A program made the position numbers and the translations under genes. Positions 27,769-38,700 of a DNA stretch of 64,000 nt are shown here, piece after piece (the first letter of the stretch is position 1; the number at the start of each line of letters is the position of its first letter). The DNA comes from Chloroflexota bacterium (GTDB lineage: Bacteria > Chloroflexota > Anaerolineae > VGOG01): the NCBI GenBank assembly GCA_030611885.1, contig JAUWOY010000007.1:19750-83749 (forward strand). Direction: 5' to 3'. The notes beneath the pieces were generated by a model that made no database searches, was not told the DNA's origin, and saw only the letters and a program-made list of their open reading frames with translations.

Positions 27769-28927
27769 CTTCGCACTCCATCGCTCGTCGGTAGACCTGC
27801 ACCGTCTCCTGAGCCGTTTTCGTCCAGGAGAAACCTTTGGCCCTTTGCAAGCCCCGCTTCCTCATCTCCTGCCGGAGAGCTTCGTCGTCCAAAACCCGCC
27901 TCATGGCCTCCGCCAGCCCCTCGACGTCCAACGGATCAACAGTCAGCCCCGCCTCGCCCACCACCTCCGGCAGCGACGACGTGTTGGCCGTGACCACCGG
28001 CGTCCCACAGGCCATAGCCTCCAGCGGGGGCAGCCCGAAGCCTTCGTAGAGAGAGGGGTAAACGAAGAGCTCCGCCGCGTTGTACCACAGAGGCAACTCG
28101 CTGACGGGGATGTAGCCGGGAAACATCACTTGGCCCTCCAGGCCCAACTCCTCCACGCGGGCGAAAACGTCCTCGTAAAACCAACCCTTAGCCCCACCGA
28201 TGACCAAATGCAGATTTTCGATTTCCGATTTCCGATTTCCGATTTCCTGATCCCTCACATCTCGCCTGAACACAGCATACGCCTCTAGGAGCGTCGTTAG
28301 GTTCTTGCGCGGCTCGATGGTGCCCACGAAGAGAATGAAACGCTCCGGCAGGCCCCGCTTCGACCGAAAAGCTGCCACCTGATCCTCGGCCAGGGGACGG
28401 AAGGCCTCGTCTATCCCGCAGTAGATCACCTCCACTTTCTCAGGCGGAACCCCCAGCAGGCGGACCACGTCGCGTTTGGTACTCTTCGAGATGGCGATGA
28501 TGCGCCTGGCCCTCCTCGCCGAGAGGCGGGTGAAAAGGCCAAGATAGAAGCGCTTGAAACGCTTGAAACTCTCAGGATAGAGGAGAAAACTGAGATCATA
28601 GATAGTAACCACCGCTGGACAAGGCGAGAGCAACGGGGTGACAAAAGCCAGGGCGTGAAGCAAGTCCACCCTCTCTTTTTGTAAGGCGAAAGGTTGCACC
28701 ACCTGTTCCCAGAAGATCCTGACCACGGGCCTGGAAGTAGGCAGCCGCGAAAGCTTCAGTGCCAGCCCCGAACTGGTGAACCGCCCATCGCCGATGAAAG
28801 CCGTATAGCGGTTATCGCGGTCCACGCGCGGCAGATGGGTGAGCAAGTTGTGGATGTACCAGTTGATGCCCGCGCCCCGGTAGGTCTCTTCCAGGGCCAG
28901 GAGATGGGCGTTCAGGCCGATGTGCAT
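27761..28927 (-). CDS. glycosyltransferase family 4 (GT-B)
   Basis: EGFGLPPLEAMACGTPVV motif, 388 aa. Confidence 0.88.
   Translation of the reverse strand: MHIGLNAHLLALEETYRGAGINWYIHNLLTHLPRVDRDNRYTAFIGDGRFTSSGLALKLSRLPTSRPVVRIFWEQVVQPFALQKERVDLLHALAFVTPLLSPCPAVVTIYDLSFLLYPESFKRFKRFYLGLFTRLSARRARRIIAISKSTKRDVVRLLGVPPEKVEVIYCGIDEAFRPLAEDQVAAFRSKRGLPERFILFVGTIEPRKNLTTLLEAYAVFRRDVRDQEIGNRKSEIENLHLVIGGAKGWFYEDVFARVEELGLEGQVMFPGYIPVSELPLWYNAAELFVYPSLYEGFGLPPLEAMACGTPVVTANTSSLPEVVGEAGLTVDPLDVEGLAEAMRRVLDDEALRQEMRKRGLQRAKGFSWTKTAQETVQVYRRAMECEDV
28215..28249. repeat. heptanucleotide tract (TTTCCGA x5) inside the GT4 gene
   Basis: ttttcga tttccga tttccga tttccga tttcctg; encodes QEIGNRKSEIENL. Confidence 0.9.
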
Positions 28928-29291
28928 TTCTTCTCTCGTTTGGCGGGCAGGGTGATCACCCCTCGTTGCCGGATTTGGATGGTGCTGGCTTCCATAAGGC
29001 GTCTCCTGGGCAAGAGCTGGATTTGCGGAATATCAGCATTTCAGCTACATTATAGCATCATTAATCATCAGGGGCAAACCGCGACTCCCTCCTGAGTGTT
29101 GTTGGTTTGAGGGCACCTAAATATGACATCGAATTTCGAGGATTTAACGAATTTAATGCCGCCGATTCGATAAATCCTTTCTGTTCGTTGTCATATTTGG
29201 CAAACCATCACTCAGCAACACTTTACAGGGAGACCCCAAATCGCTTCACTCACGAAAAATCTCTTAGCACGTCAAAGCAGAGGGATAAGCG

Positions 29292-29404
29292 GAACTGTCA
29301 ACGGATTCGGGGAGCGGATTGAACGGATTGGGGCTCCGTGCGCGGCATCTTCCGTTCAATCCGTTCCAAAAATCCGCTGACAGTGTTCTGCATCTTCTAT
29401 CCCC
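29292..29404. repeat. ACGGATT-type palindromic element (family P1), left copy of an inverted pair
   Basis: GAACTGTCAACGGATTCGGGGAGCGGATTGAACGGA...TCCGTTCAATCCGTTCCAAAAATCCGCTGACAGTGTTC. Near-identical reverse complement at 35396-35509. Confidence 0.88.
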
Positions 29405-29419
29405 TTGCTTATGAATCGT

Positions 29420-30541
29420 CTATGCCCCGCCCAACAACTCGCAGTACACCTGATACGTCTTCGCCGCCACCTGGGCCTGGGTGTAGTGGGCCAACACTCG
29501 TTCTCGGCCTCTTCGGGCCAGTTCATCTCGCAAAGCTGGATCAGCCATCAGTTGGGACAGCCTGGCCCGCAGAGCTCGCTCGTCGCCCTCGGCGAACACC
29601 AGACCTGCCTCGCCGATGACGTTCGGAATCTCCCCTGAGTCCGAGCCCACCACAGGCACCCCACAGGCCATGGCCTCGATCAACACCCGTCCGAACTGCT
29701 CCTTCCAGTTGGGTCTGGTCAGGGAGGGCAGGGCCAAGGCGTCCAGTTGGTTGTAATAGCCAGGCATCTGGGTGGAAGGGATGGGGTCCTCAAACCTCAC
29801 CCGCTCGGCGATGTCCAACTCCGCTGCCAGCCTTTCCAGGTGGCCCCTCTGCGGCCCGCTCCCCAGGATGCGCAACTGCCACTTACCCCTCAAACCAACC
29901 ATCGCCCGCAGCAAGATGTGCACCCCCTTCTCCTCCACCAATCTCCCTACGTAACCGATAGTGAATTGCGAATTGCGAATTGCGAATTGCGAATTTGAAA
30001 CTTTGAACTTTGAGCTTTGAGCTTTGAACTTATCGGGGTCCACACCAAACTGCGGAATCACCCTGACAGGCCCTCGATAGCCTTTCGCTTTCAGCACCCC
30101 CACTGCCTCAGAGTTCCCAGCGATAGCATAATCAGCGTTTCGCAAGTTATAGCTCTCGACGAGGCTGAAGGGGGGCGGATAGCGGCGGTGGATGTTCTGC
30201 CAGGTGAAGAAGATGGCCTTGGCTCCATGAATTTTGGCCAGGCGCATCGCTTGCCAGGTAGCCACGTTGTAGGGCTCCTCGTCAATGTGGACGATGTGGG
30301 GCTTTATTCTCCTGAAATGCTTGGCCAGGCCAGGGTAGAAGTGCAGGTGGAAGTGGCCATTGAGGGCCATCCTCTCCACAACCAGCTCATACCCCTGAGT
30401 GTGCTCCCGCTCCAGGCGCATCACCCCTCGCTCGTCGCGCCAGTAGGGCGGCACGACGACGGTGAGCTCCGCGTCGGGGAACCTGGCGATTTCCTCTAGC
30501 TTTTTCTGATAGGCCCCGACGATACAGGCCTTGGAGATCAT
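29420..30541 (-). CDS. glycosyltransferase family 4 (GT-B)
   Basis: EQFGRVLIEAMACGVPVVGSDSGEIP motif. Probable start MISKACIVG at 30541. Confidence 0.88.
   Translation of the reverse strand: MISKACIVGAYQKKLEEIARFPDAELTVVVPPYWRDERGVMRLEREHTQGYELVVERMALNGHFHLHFYPGLAKHFRRIKPHIVHIDEEPYNVATWQAMRLAKIHGAKAIFFTWQNIHRRYPPPFSLVESYNLRNADYAIAGNSEAVGVLKAKGYRGPVRVIPQFGVDPDKFKAQSSKFKVSNSQFAIRNSQFTIGYVGRLVEEKGVHILLRAMVGLRGKWQLRILGSGPQRGHLERLAAELDIAERVRFEDPIPSTQMPGYYNQLDALALPSLTRPNWKEQFGRVLIEAMACGVPVVGSDSGEIPNVIGEAGLVFAEGDERALRARLSQLMADPALRDELARRGRERVLAHYTQAQVAAKTYQVYCELLGGA
29961..30030. repeat. compound heptanucleotide tract (GCGAATT x5 + TTGARCT x5) inside the GT4 gene
   Basis: gtgaatt gcgaatt x4, then tgaaact ttgaact ttgagct ttgagct ttgaact; encodes KAQSSKFKVSNSQFAIRNSQFTI. 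Confidence 0.9.
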
Positions 30542-30944
30542 CAAGATGCGCAAATCGCTGCTCCTCTCGGTGAAGACAAGCTTAACAGTCCAGTCAGGTA
30601 CATTATAGCCTACCAATGGACAAAAAGCAAAGAGCCTGCCGGCGGAAACCCTATAAGCAATCTCACTTATGCTGCCCGTAACCACTCTACCTCAGGAGCA
30701 CCAGCTTTGTCCAGAATCTGTCCCATCACCTGGTAACGATGTCTTGGCGCACACAGGTTTAAGCTTGACATGGGGTGCGGCAAGGGCTTGATAAAGACGG
30801 TGGTATCGCGGAGTTCATGCAAAAAGGGGATGATTGTCTCATCCTTCATCCCCTTTCGTCCTACATCAAAACCGATTGCCAACAAGTCGCGTGCATTTCG
30901 GAATGGCATGACCGCAAACGCTGTAGTGTTTGCAGCCGTTTATC

Positions 30945-31334
30945 TTACCATGTCGCCACTTTCAGACTTTCGATTTCGTTGAAGTGTGCGTCACGTGTAA
31001 CCAGTGTCAAATCATGCCGAAGCGCAATCGCCGCAATCCAAATGTCGTTCTCGGGTATAGGACGCCCTTTCATGCGTAGTGTGTTCTTGATTTCACCATA
31101 TCGGCGTGCAGTATCACTATTACATCCCAACACCACGCTACTCGCGGCAAACTCATCAATGCGCGTGAGATTCTCCTGCACCCGCACCGATTTCCGCGCC
31201 CCGTAACACATTTCACCAATCGCGATGCTGGGAACAAATGTTTCCTCTGCCCCTGCAAGATTCTCCTTGACCGCCGTATCATCTGCGAACAGGGCGATAA
31301 TAATGTTGGTATCCAGCAGATATCTACCACTCAT
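30945..31334 (-). CDS. vapC: PIN-domain toxin, VapC family
   Basis: MSGRYLLDTNIIIALF... N-terminal acidic motif, LVTRDAHF C-terminal motif, about 129 aa from ATG 31334. Confidence 0.85.
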   Translation of the reverse strand: MSGRYLLDTNIIIALFADDTAVKENLAGAEETFVPSIAIGEMCYGARKSVRVQENLTRIDEFAASSVVLGCNSDTARRYGEIKNTLRMKGRPIPENDIWIAAIALRHDLTLVTRDAHFNEIESLKVATW

Positions 31335-31551
31335 TGGTGTCAACCCGTTCGCAACCTTGTTCGATGGCAAGGCGCATAAGTTGTAGGTCGTCTAGCGGTA
31401 TCACACCAGCAAAGCGCAGAAGTTGTTGACCAGGGACGCCATGTGGAACCGAGGCAGCGAGCGCATGTGTAAACTCAAGTACTCGCCACTGCAATTCGTA
31501 TGGCAGAACTTCGAGTTGTTCAACTACCCTATCCATGATAAGTGTGTTCAT
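31324..31551 (-). CDS. putative antitoxin partner of VapC
   Basis: 75-aa ORF from MNTLIMDRVVEQLEVLP... Its end overlaps the vapC start by 11 nt. AT-richer region. Confidence 0.6.
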   Translation of the reverse strand: MNTLIMDRVVEQLEVLPYELQWRVLEFTHALAASVPHGVPGQQLLRFAGVIPLDDLQLMRLAIEQGCERVDTNEW

Positions 31552-31689
31552 TTTGCCCTCCTGTTCGCTATCATACCAGTTGCCCTTGAGAAAACCAAGG
31601 TGGATGCCCCATGCCACTGACAGCCATATTCTACCACATCGGGCAGTTCTGCGCAACCCAAACGAAACGCTGGTTGACATTTCCATGCC

Positions 31690-33822
31690 TTGTGCTATAA
31701 TCTACACCTGTGGGCGAATCGGGGGAAGGGTTGGCAGAGCTTGGAGAGACCAGTTAGAAGTTGGAAATGGGTGCCTTTGCTATTGGTGATAACCATGGCA
31801 ACGGCGCTGCGCTTCTGGGCTCTCGGAACCATACCGCCCGGCCTCTATCACGACGAAGCTTTCAACGGCCTGGATGCCCTTAGCGTTTTGGAAGGCGAAA
31901 GGCCGGTTTTCTTTGAGGCTAACAACGGCCGCGAGCCGCTGTTTATCTACCTGGTAGCCCTGTCCGTGGCTGTCCTGGGCCGGAGCCCGGGGGCGATACG
32001 GATCGTGGCTACCTTGCTGGGCACTTTGACAATTCCCGCCACCTATCTCATGGCCAAAGCCATGTTCAACCGGCGCATCGGGCTGCTGGCCGCCGCCATC
32101 ACGGGCCTGACCCTGTGGCACGTCAACCTGAGCCGCATCGGCTTCCGCGCGGTGGCTATGCCCCTCCTGGTGGCCCTGGCCCTTTGGCAACTGTGGCTCG
32201 GTCTCAAGAATGGCCACAAACGCCATTTCCTGGCGGGGGGTTTGCTTTACGGGCTAACCTTCTATACTTATCTGGCGGCACGATTTACCATCGTGGCTTT
32301 GGCCGCTTTCGGTCTGTATCTGATCGTTGGAAGTTGGAGGTTGGGGATTGGAAGTTGGAAGTTGGAGGTTAGAGGTTGGATACGTAGCGCTTTGATCTTT
32401 GTATTGGCCGCGCTGGTGGTTTTGGCTCCGCTGATGGTCTACGTGGCTGCGCACGGGGATGCCTTCCTGGGCCGCGTGGGACAGGTTTCCATATTCAATC
32501 CCGCGATCAACGGAGGCGACTTCTGGGGGACACTCCTTCGGCACGTGGGCAAGACGCTGCTGATGTTCACCAACCGAGGCGATTTCATCCCCCGCCACAA
32601 CGTGCCTCTGCGGCCCGTGTTCGATCCGATCCTGAGCGCCTTCTTCCTGCTGGGATTGGTCCTTTGTCTCATCCGATTTCGCCAGAGACCTGAGCACGCC
32701 TTGGTCCTCATCTGGCTGGCGGTCATGATTCTGCCTACCATACTGGCTGAGGACGCGCCGCACTTCCTGCGAAGCGTGGGCGTTCTGCCTGTGGCCTTTG
32801 TCGTGCCCGCCATAGGGCTCGATTACCTATGGCGGTTCTTAGAAAATAGAATCACGTTCGAAGCTCAAACTGTTGCTGTTGGTGCGGTGGCGCTAGTCCT
32901 AACCTTTGGCCTGGGCGACACGGCTGTTGATTACTTCGGACGTCACGCCGCCAGCCAGGATTTGAGCTATAATTTTGAAACGGCAGCGGTGCACCTGGCA
33001 ACTCAGGCCAATCGGTTCCTGGGCACCGGGTGGGATGGGGCAGGACTTGGGGCCAGGGGGCACCCGCTACCGCCTGATCGTCATCTCTACATCGTTGACC
33101 GCCTCTGGCAGGATTGGGCGTCGGTGCGCTTTCTGGTGCCACCTTCGCCGAACTTGACTATCCTGGCAGAAAGTGTTAAACTTCCCCAGATTTCCTCGGA
33201 CCTTGGGTTGAGTAGCCGAAGGTGTACCGAAACCGAGGTCATGCTCATTCTCTGGCCTTACGAGGGTTATAGCCGGTATCTGTCCCTTTTGCCCGTAGGC
33301 TCGACCATCGCCGCCCAAGAGGGATCTCTGGAGCGAGGGGACCTCGAAAAAGAGGCCCGTTTACTGTACATTACCTTCACGGCCACTCCCGCGACCATCC
33401 CTTCCGGAGAGCCAGAGGCGCGCTTCGAGGAGGGTTTGACTTTGGTGGGCCATCGGCTGGCCGCTGTCTCGCCGCAGGAACTGCGGTTGAGCCTCCTCTG
33501 GCGAGCCGAGGCGGAGATCGAGGCAGATTACACCGTCTTCGTCCATCTCATGCGAGATGGTTTCGATACGCCTTCGGCTACTCAACCCAAGGATGCCATT
33601 CTGGCCCAGGACGATTCGCCTCCCGCTGGTGGCTATTATCCCACCAGCTTGTGGCGCGTGGGAGACATCGTCAGCGATGAGCACACCCTGGCCTTGCCCG
33701 AGCCGTACGATCCGAGCAAGCACAAACTAATAGTTGGCTTCTATCAATTGGAGACTCTGCACCGACTACAAGTCCTTGATGAAGCTGGCAAACCAGTAAA
33801 TGACCACGTGATCGTTGAATGA
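31690..33822 (+). CDS. GT39/ArnT-PMT-like polytopic membrane glycosyltransferase with C-terminal soluble domain (start uncertain)
   Basis: GLYHDEAFNG first-loop motif and more than 10 TM helices. Carries an in-frame heptamer tract and a half P2 element (DGFDTPSATQP). Confidence 0.75.
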   Translation: MCYNLHLWANRGKGWQSLERPVRSWKWVPLLLVITMATALRFWALGTIPPGLYHDEAFNGLDALSVLEGERPVFFEANNGREPLFIYLVALSVAVLGRSPGAIRIVATLLGTLTIPATYLMAKAMFNRRIGLLAAAITGLTLWHVNLSRIGFRAVAMPLLVALALWQLWLGLKNGHKRHFLAGGLLYGLTFYTYLAARFTIVALAAFGLYLIVGSWRLGIGSWKLEVRGWIRSALIFVLAALVVLAPLMVYVAAHGDAFLGRVGQVSIFNPAINGGDFWGTLLRHVGKTLLMFTNRGDFIPRHNVPLRPVFDPILSAFFLLGLVLCLIRFRQRPEHALVLIWLAVMILPTILAEDAPHFLRSVGVLPVAFVVPAIGLDYLWRFLENRITFEAQTVAVGAVALVLTFGLGDTAVDYFGRHAASQDLSYNFETAAVHLATQANRFLGTGWDGAGLGARGHPLPPDRHLYIVDRLWQDWASVRFLVPPSPNLTILAESVKLPQISSDLGLSSRRCTETEVMLILWPYEGYSRYLSLLPVGSTIAAQEGSLERGDLEKEARLLYITFTATPATIPSGEPEARFEEGLTLVGHRLAAVSPQELRLSLLWRAEAEIEADYTVFVHLMRDGFDTPSATQPKDAILAQDDSPPAGGYYPTSLWRVGDIVSDEHTLALPEPYDPSKHKLIVGFYQLETLHRLQVLDEAGKPVNDHVIVE
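32326..32381. repeat. heptanucleotide tract (GTTGGAR x8) inside the GT39-like gene
   Basis: gttggaa gttggag gttgggg attggaa gttggaa gttggag gttagag gttggat; encodes GSWRLGIGSWKLEVRGW. Confidence 0.9.
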
Positions 33823-33882
33823 CCCCGCCTCTGTCGCCACAAACCCTGCGGCAGAGGCTAAAAATCCATAGGAGGAAAACGA

Positions 33883-35259
33883 ATGCGATTCTGTCGCCTT
33901 GTAACAACTCTGTTAGTAACGTTATTGATCCTTGTGCCCTTGGGAGCCTCGGCTGCTCCGCCCGCCCAAGGGGGCAACCTGTTGAAGAACGCTGGCTTCG
34001 AGGAAGGCTTCAGCGAGCGAGGCGCGGGTGAGGTAACCATAGCCAACGGGTGGGAAGCATGGTGGATTCAGGGCTCCGAAGACCAGACCAGCAACGGCTA
34101 CCTCAAGCGGCCCGAATACAAGTCAGAGGACGCTTGGGTCTTCACCATGCGGCGTGTTCATTCAGGTCGCTTCTCCCAAAAGTACTTTAACACCTACTCC
34201 ACTCACATCGCGGGCATCTATCAACAGGTGGCCGTTGCCAGGGGCAGCAAGGTCACTTTCTCCATTTGGGCACAGGTCTGGAGCAGTACCGACGTTGACG
34301 CAGACAAATGCGATGGCTTTGGCAACTACGCGGTTTCGGCGGGCATTGATCCTCACGGCGGCAACGATGGGAACTCCGGCAATATCGTCTGGACAGATTT
34401 AGTGATGTCGTGCAATGAGTGGGTTCACCTCAGTGTTTCCACCGTAGCCCAGACCGATAGAGTCACCGTCTTCACCAGAGGCGCACCAGATTTCCGAGTG
34501 CGTTTCAACGATTCCTACTGGGATGAAGCTGTCTTGACCGCCGTCGCCCCCACTCCCACACCACGGCCGCCAACGAGCACCCCAAAGCCAACCAACACGC
34601 CAGTGCCAACCGACACTCCCCTGCCGACCAACACACCCCGTCCAACGGCGACCTATACCCCTATCCCTACCTCTACCCCAACCCCGACGCTAGCGGATAC
34701 CCCCACGCCGACCATAACCCCGACCCCAACGGACACCCCCACGCCAACCCGGACGCCAACTCCCACCGCAACTCCGACGCCAGTCAGCGGGGCTATCTGC
34801 GTGCTGGCGTATCACGACCGCAACGGCAACGAGATGCGCGACCCGGACGAGGAGCTCCTGCCTGGGGCGATGTTCACGGCCTCCGATGGCCGGCAGACGG
34901 TAGCCAGTTACATCACCGACGGCATCAATGAACCCTACTGTTTCACGGATTTGAGGCCAGGCAACTACTTCATCTACGAGGAAAACCCACCCGACTACAA
35001 TTCTACCACCCGCGATGATTGGGGGGTGGTCATCGCTGGCGGCTCTATCATCCAGATCGAATTCGGCGACAACCTGCAGCCCACCCCCGTACCGACGTCC
35101 ACACCGGCGCCCACGTTTACGCCCGTTCCCATCTCAACTCCCACCCCAGAGCCTCTAATCTCCAGGCTGAGTGCGAATCTGTATCAGGTGAGCGGCGTCG
35201 TAATAATCGTCCTCGCGGCGGCGATAGCGCTGGTGTTTAATATCTTGAGGAGGAGATAG
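33883..35259 (+). CDS. secreted/anchored protein: CBM4/9-like module, PT-rich linker, SdrD-B-like fold, C-terminal TM
   Basis: Signal peptide. [12 protein letters not shown]...GWEAWW start typical of CBM_4_9. Long TPTP linker and a C-terminal hydrophobic anchor. Confidence 0.7.
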   Translation: MRFCRLVTTLLVTLLILVPLGASAAPPAQGGNLLKNAGFEEGFSERGAGEVTIANGWEAWWIQGSEDQTSNGYLKRPEYKSEDAWVFTMRRVHSGRFSQKYFNTYSTHIAGIYQQVAVARGSKVTFSIWAQVWSSTDVDADKCDGFGNYAVSAGIDPHGGNDGNSGNIVWTDLVMSCNEWVHLSVSTVAQTDRVTVFTRGAPDFRVRFNDSYWDEAVLTAVAPTPTPRPPTSTPKPTNTPVPTDTPLPTNTPRPTATYTPIPTSTPTPTLADTPTPTITPTPTDTPTPTRTPTPTATPTPVSGAICVLAYHDRNGNEMRDPDEELLPGAMFTASDGRQTVASYITDGINEPYCFTDLRPGNYFIYEENPPDYNSTTRDDWGVVIAGGSIIQIEFGDNLQPTPVPTSTPAPTFTPVPISTPTPEPLISRLSANLYQVSGVVIIVLAAAIALVFNILRRR

Positions 35260-35395
35260 CGACTTCACTTGCAACGGGACCGCTTTTTGGGACTTTGGAC
35301 AAACTCGGAGAAGTGGTTAGAAACCAGGTTTTTGAACCCTTTGCACCTATAAAATGTGCGCAGCCGCTGACATTTTCCTTAGCACCCCAAAGCAG

Positions 35396-35509
35396 GGGAA
35401 TAGAAGACGCAGGACACTGTCAGCGGATTTCTGGAACGGATTGAACGGAAGATGCCGTGCACGGAGCCCCAATCCGTTCAATCCGCTCCCCGAATCCGTT
35501 GACAGTTCC
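35396..35509. repeat. ACGGATT-type palindromic element (family P1), right inverted copy
   Basis: Reverse complement of 29292-29404 with few mismatches. The asymmetric loop (ttggggctccgtgc[g/a]cggcatc) fixes the relative orientation. Confidence 0.88.
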
Positions 35510-35767
35510 ACTCCTGGCCCAAGACGATCCTTCAGCGCCTGCCCTTTTGGCTGGCCCCATCTTCTTGGGCCTTTTTGTTTACCTCAGAGCCCGGCGTTAT
35601 CAATGCCCTTTCACGCAACAGACCTTGACTTTTGTCTTGCTCATAGCTCCCGTCCCCGGGGGCGTCTGGGCGGGAACAACATTGGGTATAGCACGTGTTA
35701 GTCGCCCCGAGGACGGGGCTCAGAGCGATGAAAAAAGTCCAGGTTAGATATGTGAAACAGCACTAAC

Positions 35768-38700
35768 ATGCTCTCAAACATTGCAGAGATGAAAAAGAAG
35801 GTCACAGGATTGCTCCTGGCCCTATCCCTGAGCCTCATCGCCTGCCTGCCTCTGCTGATGGGTGGTGGCCCCATAAACACGCGCGGGGGAGGCGATAGCC
35901 CCTTCCTGCTGGTGCGCCTCCACCAACTGGTTTCCAACTTGAGTGCTGGCGTCTTCCCCGCCCGCTGGATGCCCGACGCCGCCTATGGCCTGGGCTACCC
36001 CTTCTTCAACTTCTACGCTTCTCTGCCCTACTACATCGCCGCCTTGTTCAAGTTCTGGGGCTTCGGCTTCATCTGGGCCATCAAGCTGACCCAGTTGTTG
36101 GGTTTCGTCGCTGCCGCAGCCTCGATGTATCTTTTGGCCAAACGCCTGTTTCACCGAGAAGCCAGTGTCATACTGGCCGCCCTGGCTTACACCTACGCTC
36201 CCTACCACCTGGTCAACGTCTACGTGCGGGGCGACGCCCTATCGGAGTTCTACGCCTTCATCTTCTACCCTCTCATCCTCTGGGCACTGCTGCGCCTGCG
36301 GGACTCGCTTTTGAACGACCAGTTTTTGCCACGAATTACACGAATTTCACCAATTTATTCTTCGGTTGGCAACATCACCCTGGTCGCCCTCGCTTACGGC
36401 GGACTGATCCTGACCCACAACGTCTCAGCCCTAATCTTCACCGCTTTCATTGGTCTATGGCTCATAGCTTGTAGCTTATCGTCCACGAGCAACAGGAGAA
36501 CTGCGGGCTCTTTGGGATTTCGCAGGGTCACAGTATCGGAGTCCCCAACTCGTTGGGGGTGCGGCGCGGCAAACCCCAACAAGTTGGGGACTCCAGCCCG
36601 CTACTCATGCCAATTCTCAAAGACCCGAACTGCGATAAGCTATATGCTATATGCCATCAGCGGCCTGGGCCTGGGCCTGGCCATAAGCGCCTGGTTCTGG
36701 CTGCCGGCCCTGCTGGAGGGGAAGTACGCGCAATTGGAGCATCAGACCACCGGCTACTTGAATTACAGCAATCACTTTCGCGGCCTGGATCTGGTGCAAC
36801 CCTCGCTTCTCTTCGACTACGCCATCGAGGCGGGGCAGACGCCCTTTGCCATGGGACTAGCCCAGGCCGTGCTCGCCCTCCTGGGCACGATAGTGATCGT
36901 CGGCTGGTGGATCAAACGCCGCCGCCCTGAGGCCCAGAGCGCGTTCCTCATCGCTGGCCTGGCCCTGGCTACTTTTCTCATCACCCCGCTCTCGCGCCCT
37001 CTGTGGGACAACGTGCCGCTGCTACCCTTTGTCCAGTTTCCCTGGCGCTTTCTGTCGGTGCAAGCCTTTTTCGCCAGCCTGGTCATCGGCTACCTGGGGA
37101 CATGTCGGGGTGTTGGAGTCCCCAACTTGTTGGGGGTACGGGGCAATAAACCCGAACAAGGTTTCGACAGGCTCAACCCGACGGTTCGGGACTCCAACGC
37201 ACTAACTTGCTGGCTGGCCTGCGTCGCGGGAACGGTGCTGCTAGTGACTGCCATGCTGGGCCTCAAGCCTGAGTACCTGCCCATCGGCGAGGCGGACATC
37301 ACCGTGGAGCGCCTGATGCTCTACGAATACTTCACCGCCAACGTCGGCACCACCATCCGCCACGAGTACCTGCCCTGCTGGGTGGTGCCCCGCCCCTACA
37401 CCTCCGAGGTGTTGCTGCGCAGCGGTGAGAAACCGCCGCCGCTGGCGATGGGCGGAGAGGTTAAAACGGCTGAACTGCTTTGGCGCAAGCCAGCAGCCGA
37501 GGGATGGGTCCTGGACGTGACCTCACCTCAAGCGTCTTTGGCCTTCCACACCTACTACTTCCCCGGCTGGCGGGCCTACGTGGACGGCCAAGCCAGGGAG
37601 GTGCGGCCCGTCGAGAATCTGGGCTACATCGGCCTCGATCTCGACCAGGGAGAGCACCAGGTCGTCCTGCGCCTGGAGCGCACGCCCCTGCGGGCTTTGG
37701 CTGAGGGGCTATCGCTAGTTGCTGTTGTGGCTGTCATCGGATTCCTAGCTGCAAGCTCGAAGCTCAAAGCTCAAAGCTCAAAGCTCAAATTCCTCGCCAT
37801 GACAATTCTGCTGATAGGCGTTAACGGATTGCGGACTTCGGACCAACATATAGCTGACCACCCGACCACCCGACCACCTGACCAAGGACCATCAGACCAA
37901 ACCATGGACTTTGACCGCCTGCCTTATCTGCACCACAATTCCCAAGGGGTGAACTTTGGCGGGGTGGCACGGCTGGAGAGTTACCAGCTTTCGGCGGACG
38001 AGGTGGAAGCTGGGGAAACCGTAGAGGTGGTTCTCCACTGGGATGAGGTCAAGAGCGAGGGCCTGGAAGCCAGCGTGCGCCTGACTTCTCCTGCTGAGTA
38101 CCTCTTCCACACCAGCGCTGACCTGGCCGAGGATAGTGTCAAGATCGTCCAGTTTTCTCGAGAGCGCCGGCTGAGTAGGCTCATAGCACAGCGGAGAGCT
38201 GTATCGAAGCCAAGCGGGTCTTCTGGGCAAACCCGCTCGCTTGGTTTCGATACGCCTGCGGCTACTCAACCGGCGTTCGCTTTGCTCTCAGGCCGAGAAC
38301 TGAATAGCCTTGAGGATAGCGCCCTCTTGCGGGCTGGGACGACGCGCCACCGTTTGAAAGTCCCCGCGGAAGCCGTTCGCGGCCTCTACCTGATCAGCGT
38401 AAGGTTAAGAGACGAGGAGGGCGAGATCAAGCCCATCACCGAGAGGGGCGAGACTCTGGGCACCACCTACCTGCGCCCCCTGCGCGTTCGCAGCCAACGC
38501 TGGGCCACGGGCGACGAGCCGACCCTGGCGACTTTCGGGCCGGGCATCGTCCTGAGCCAGGTGGAGACCGAACAGAAAACGCCCGAATCATTGGAGACCA
38601 GGCTGACCTGGCGAGTCGTTGAATCAGTGGCTGCCAACTACGGCCTGGCCCTGCGCCTGCGAGACTGGGATGGACAAACCCTTGCCGCGCTGGACACCCA

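Noticed and set aside
30667-30909. 80-aa ORF next to VapBC with faint resemblance to DUF5615/PIN-associated small proteins.
   Set aside because: The similarity is too weak to support a call. It overlaps the tracked 5' extension of the GT4 gene and has no convincing ribosome-binding site. It may be a decayed remnant.
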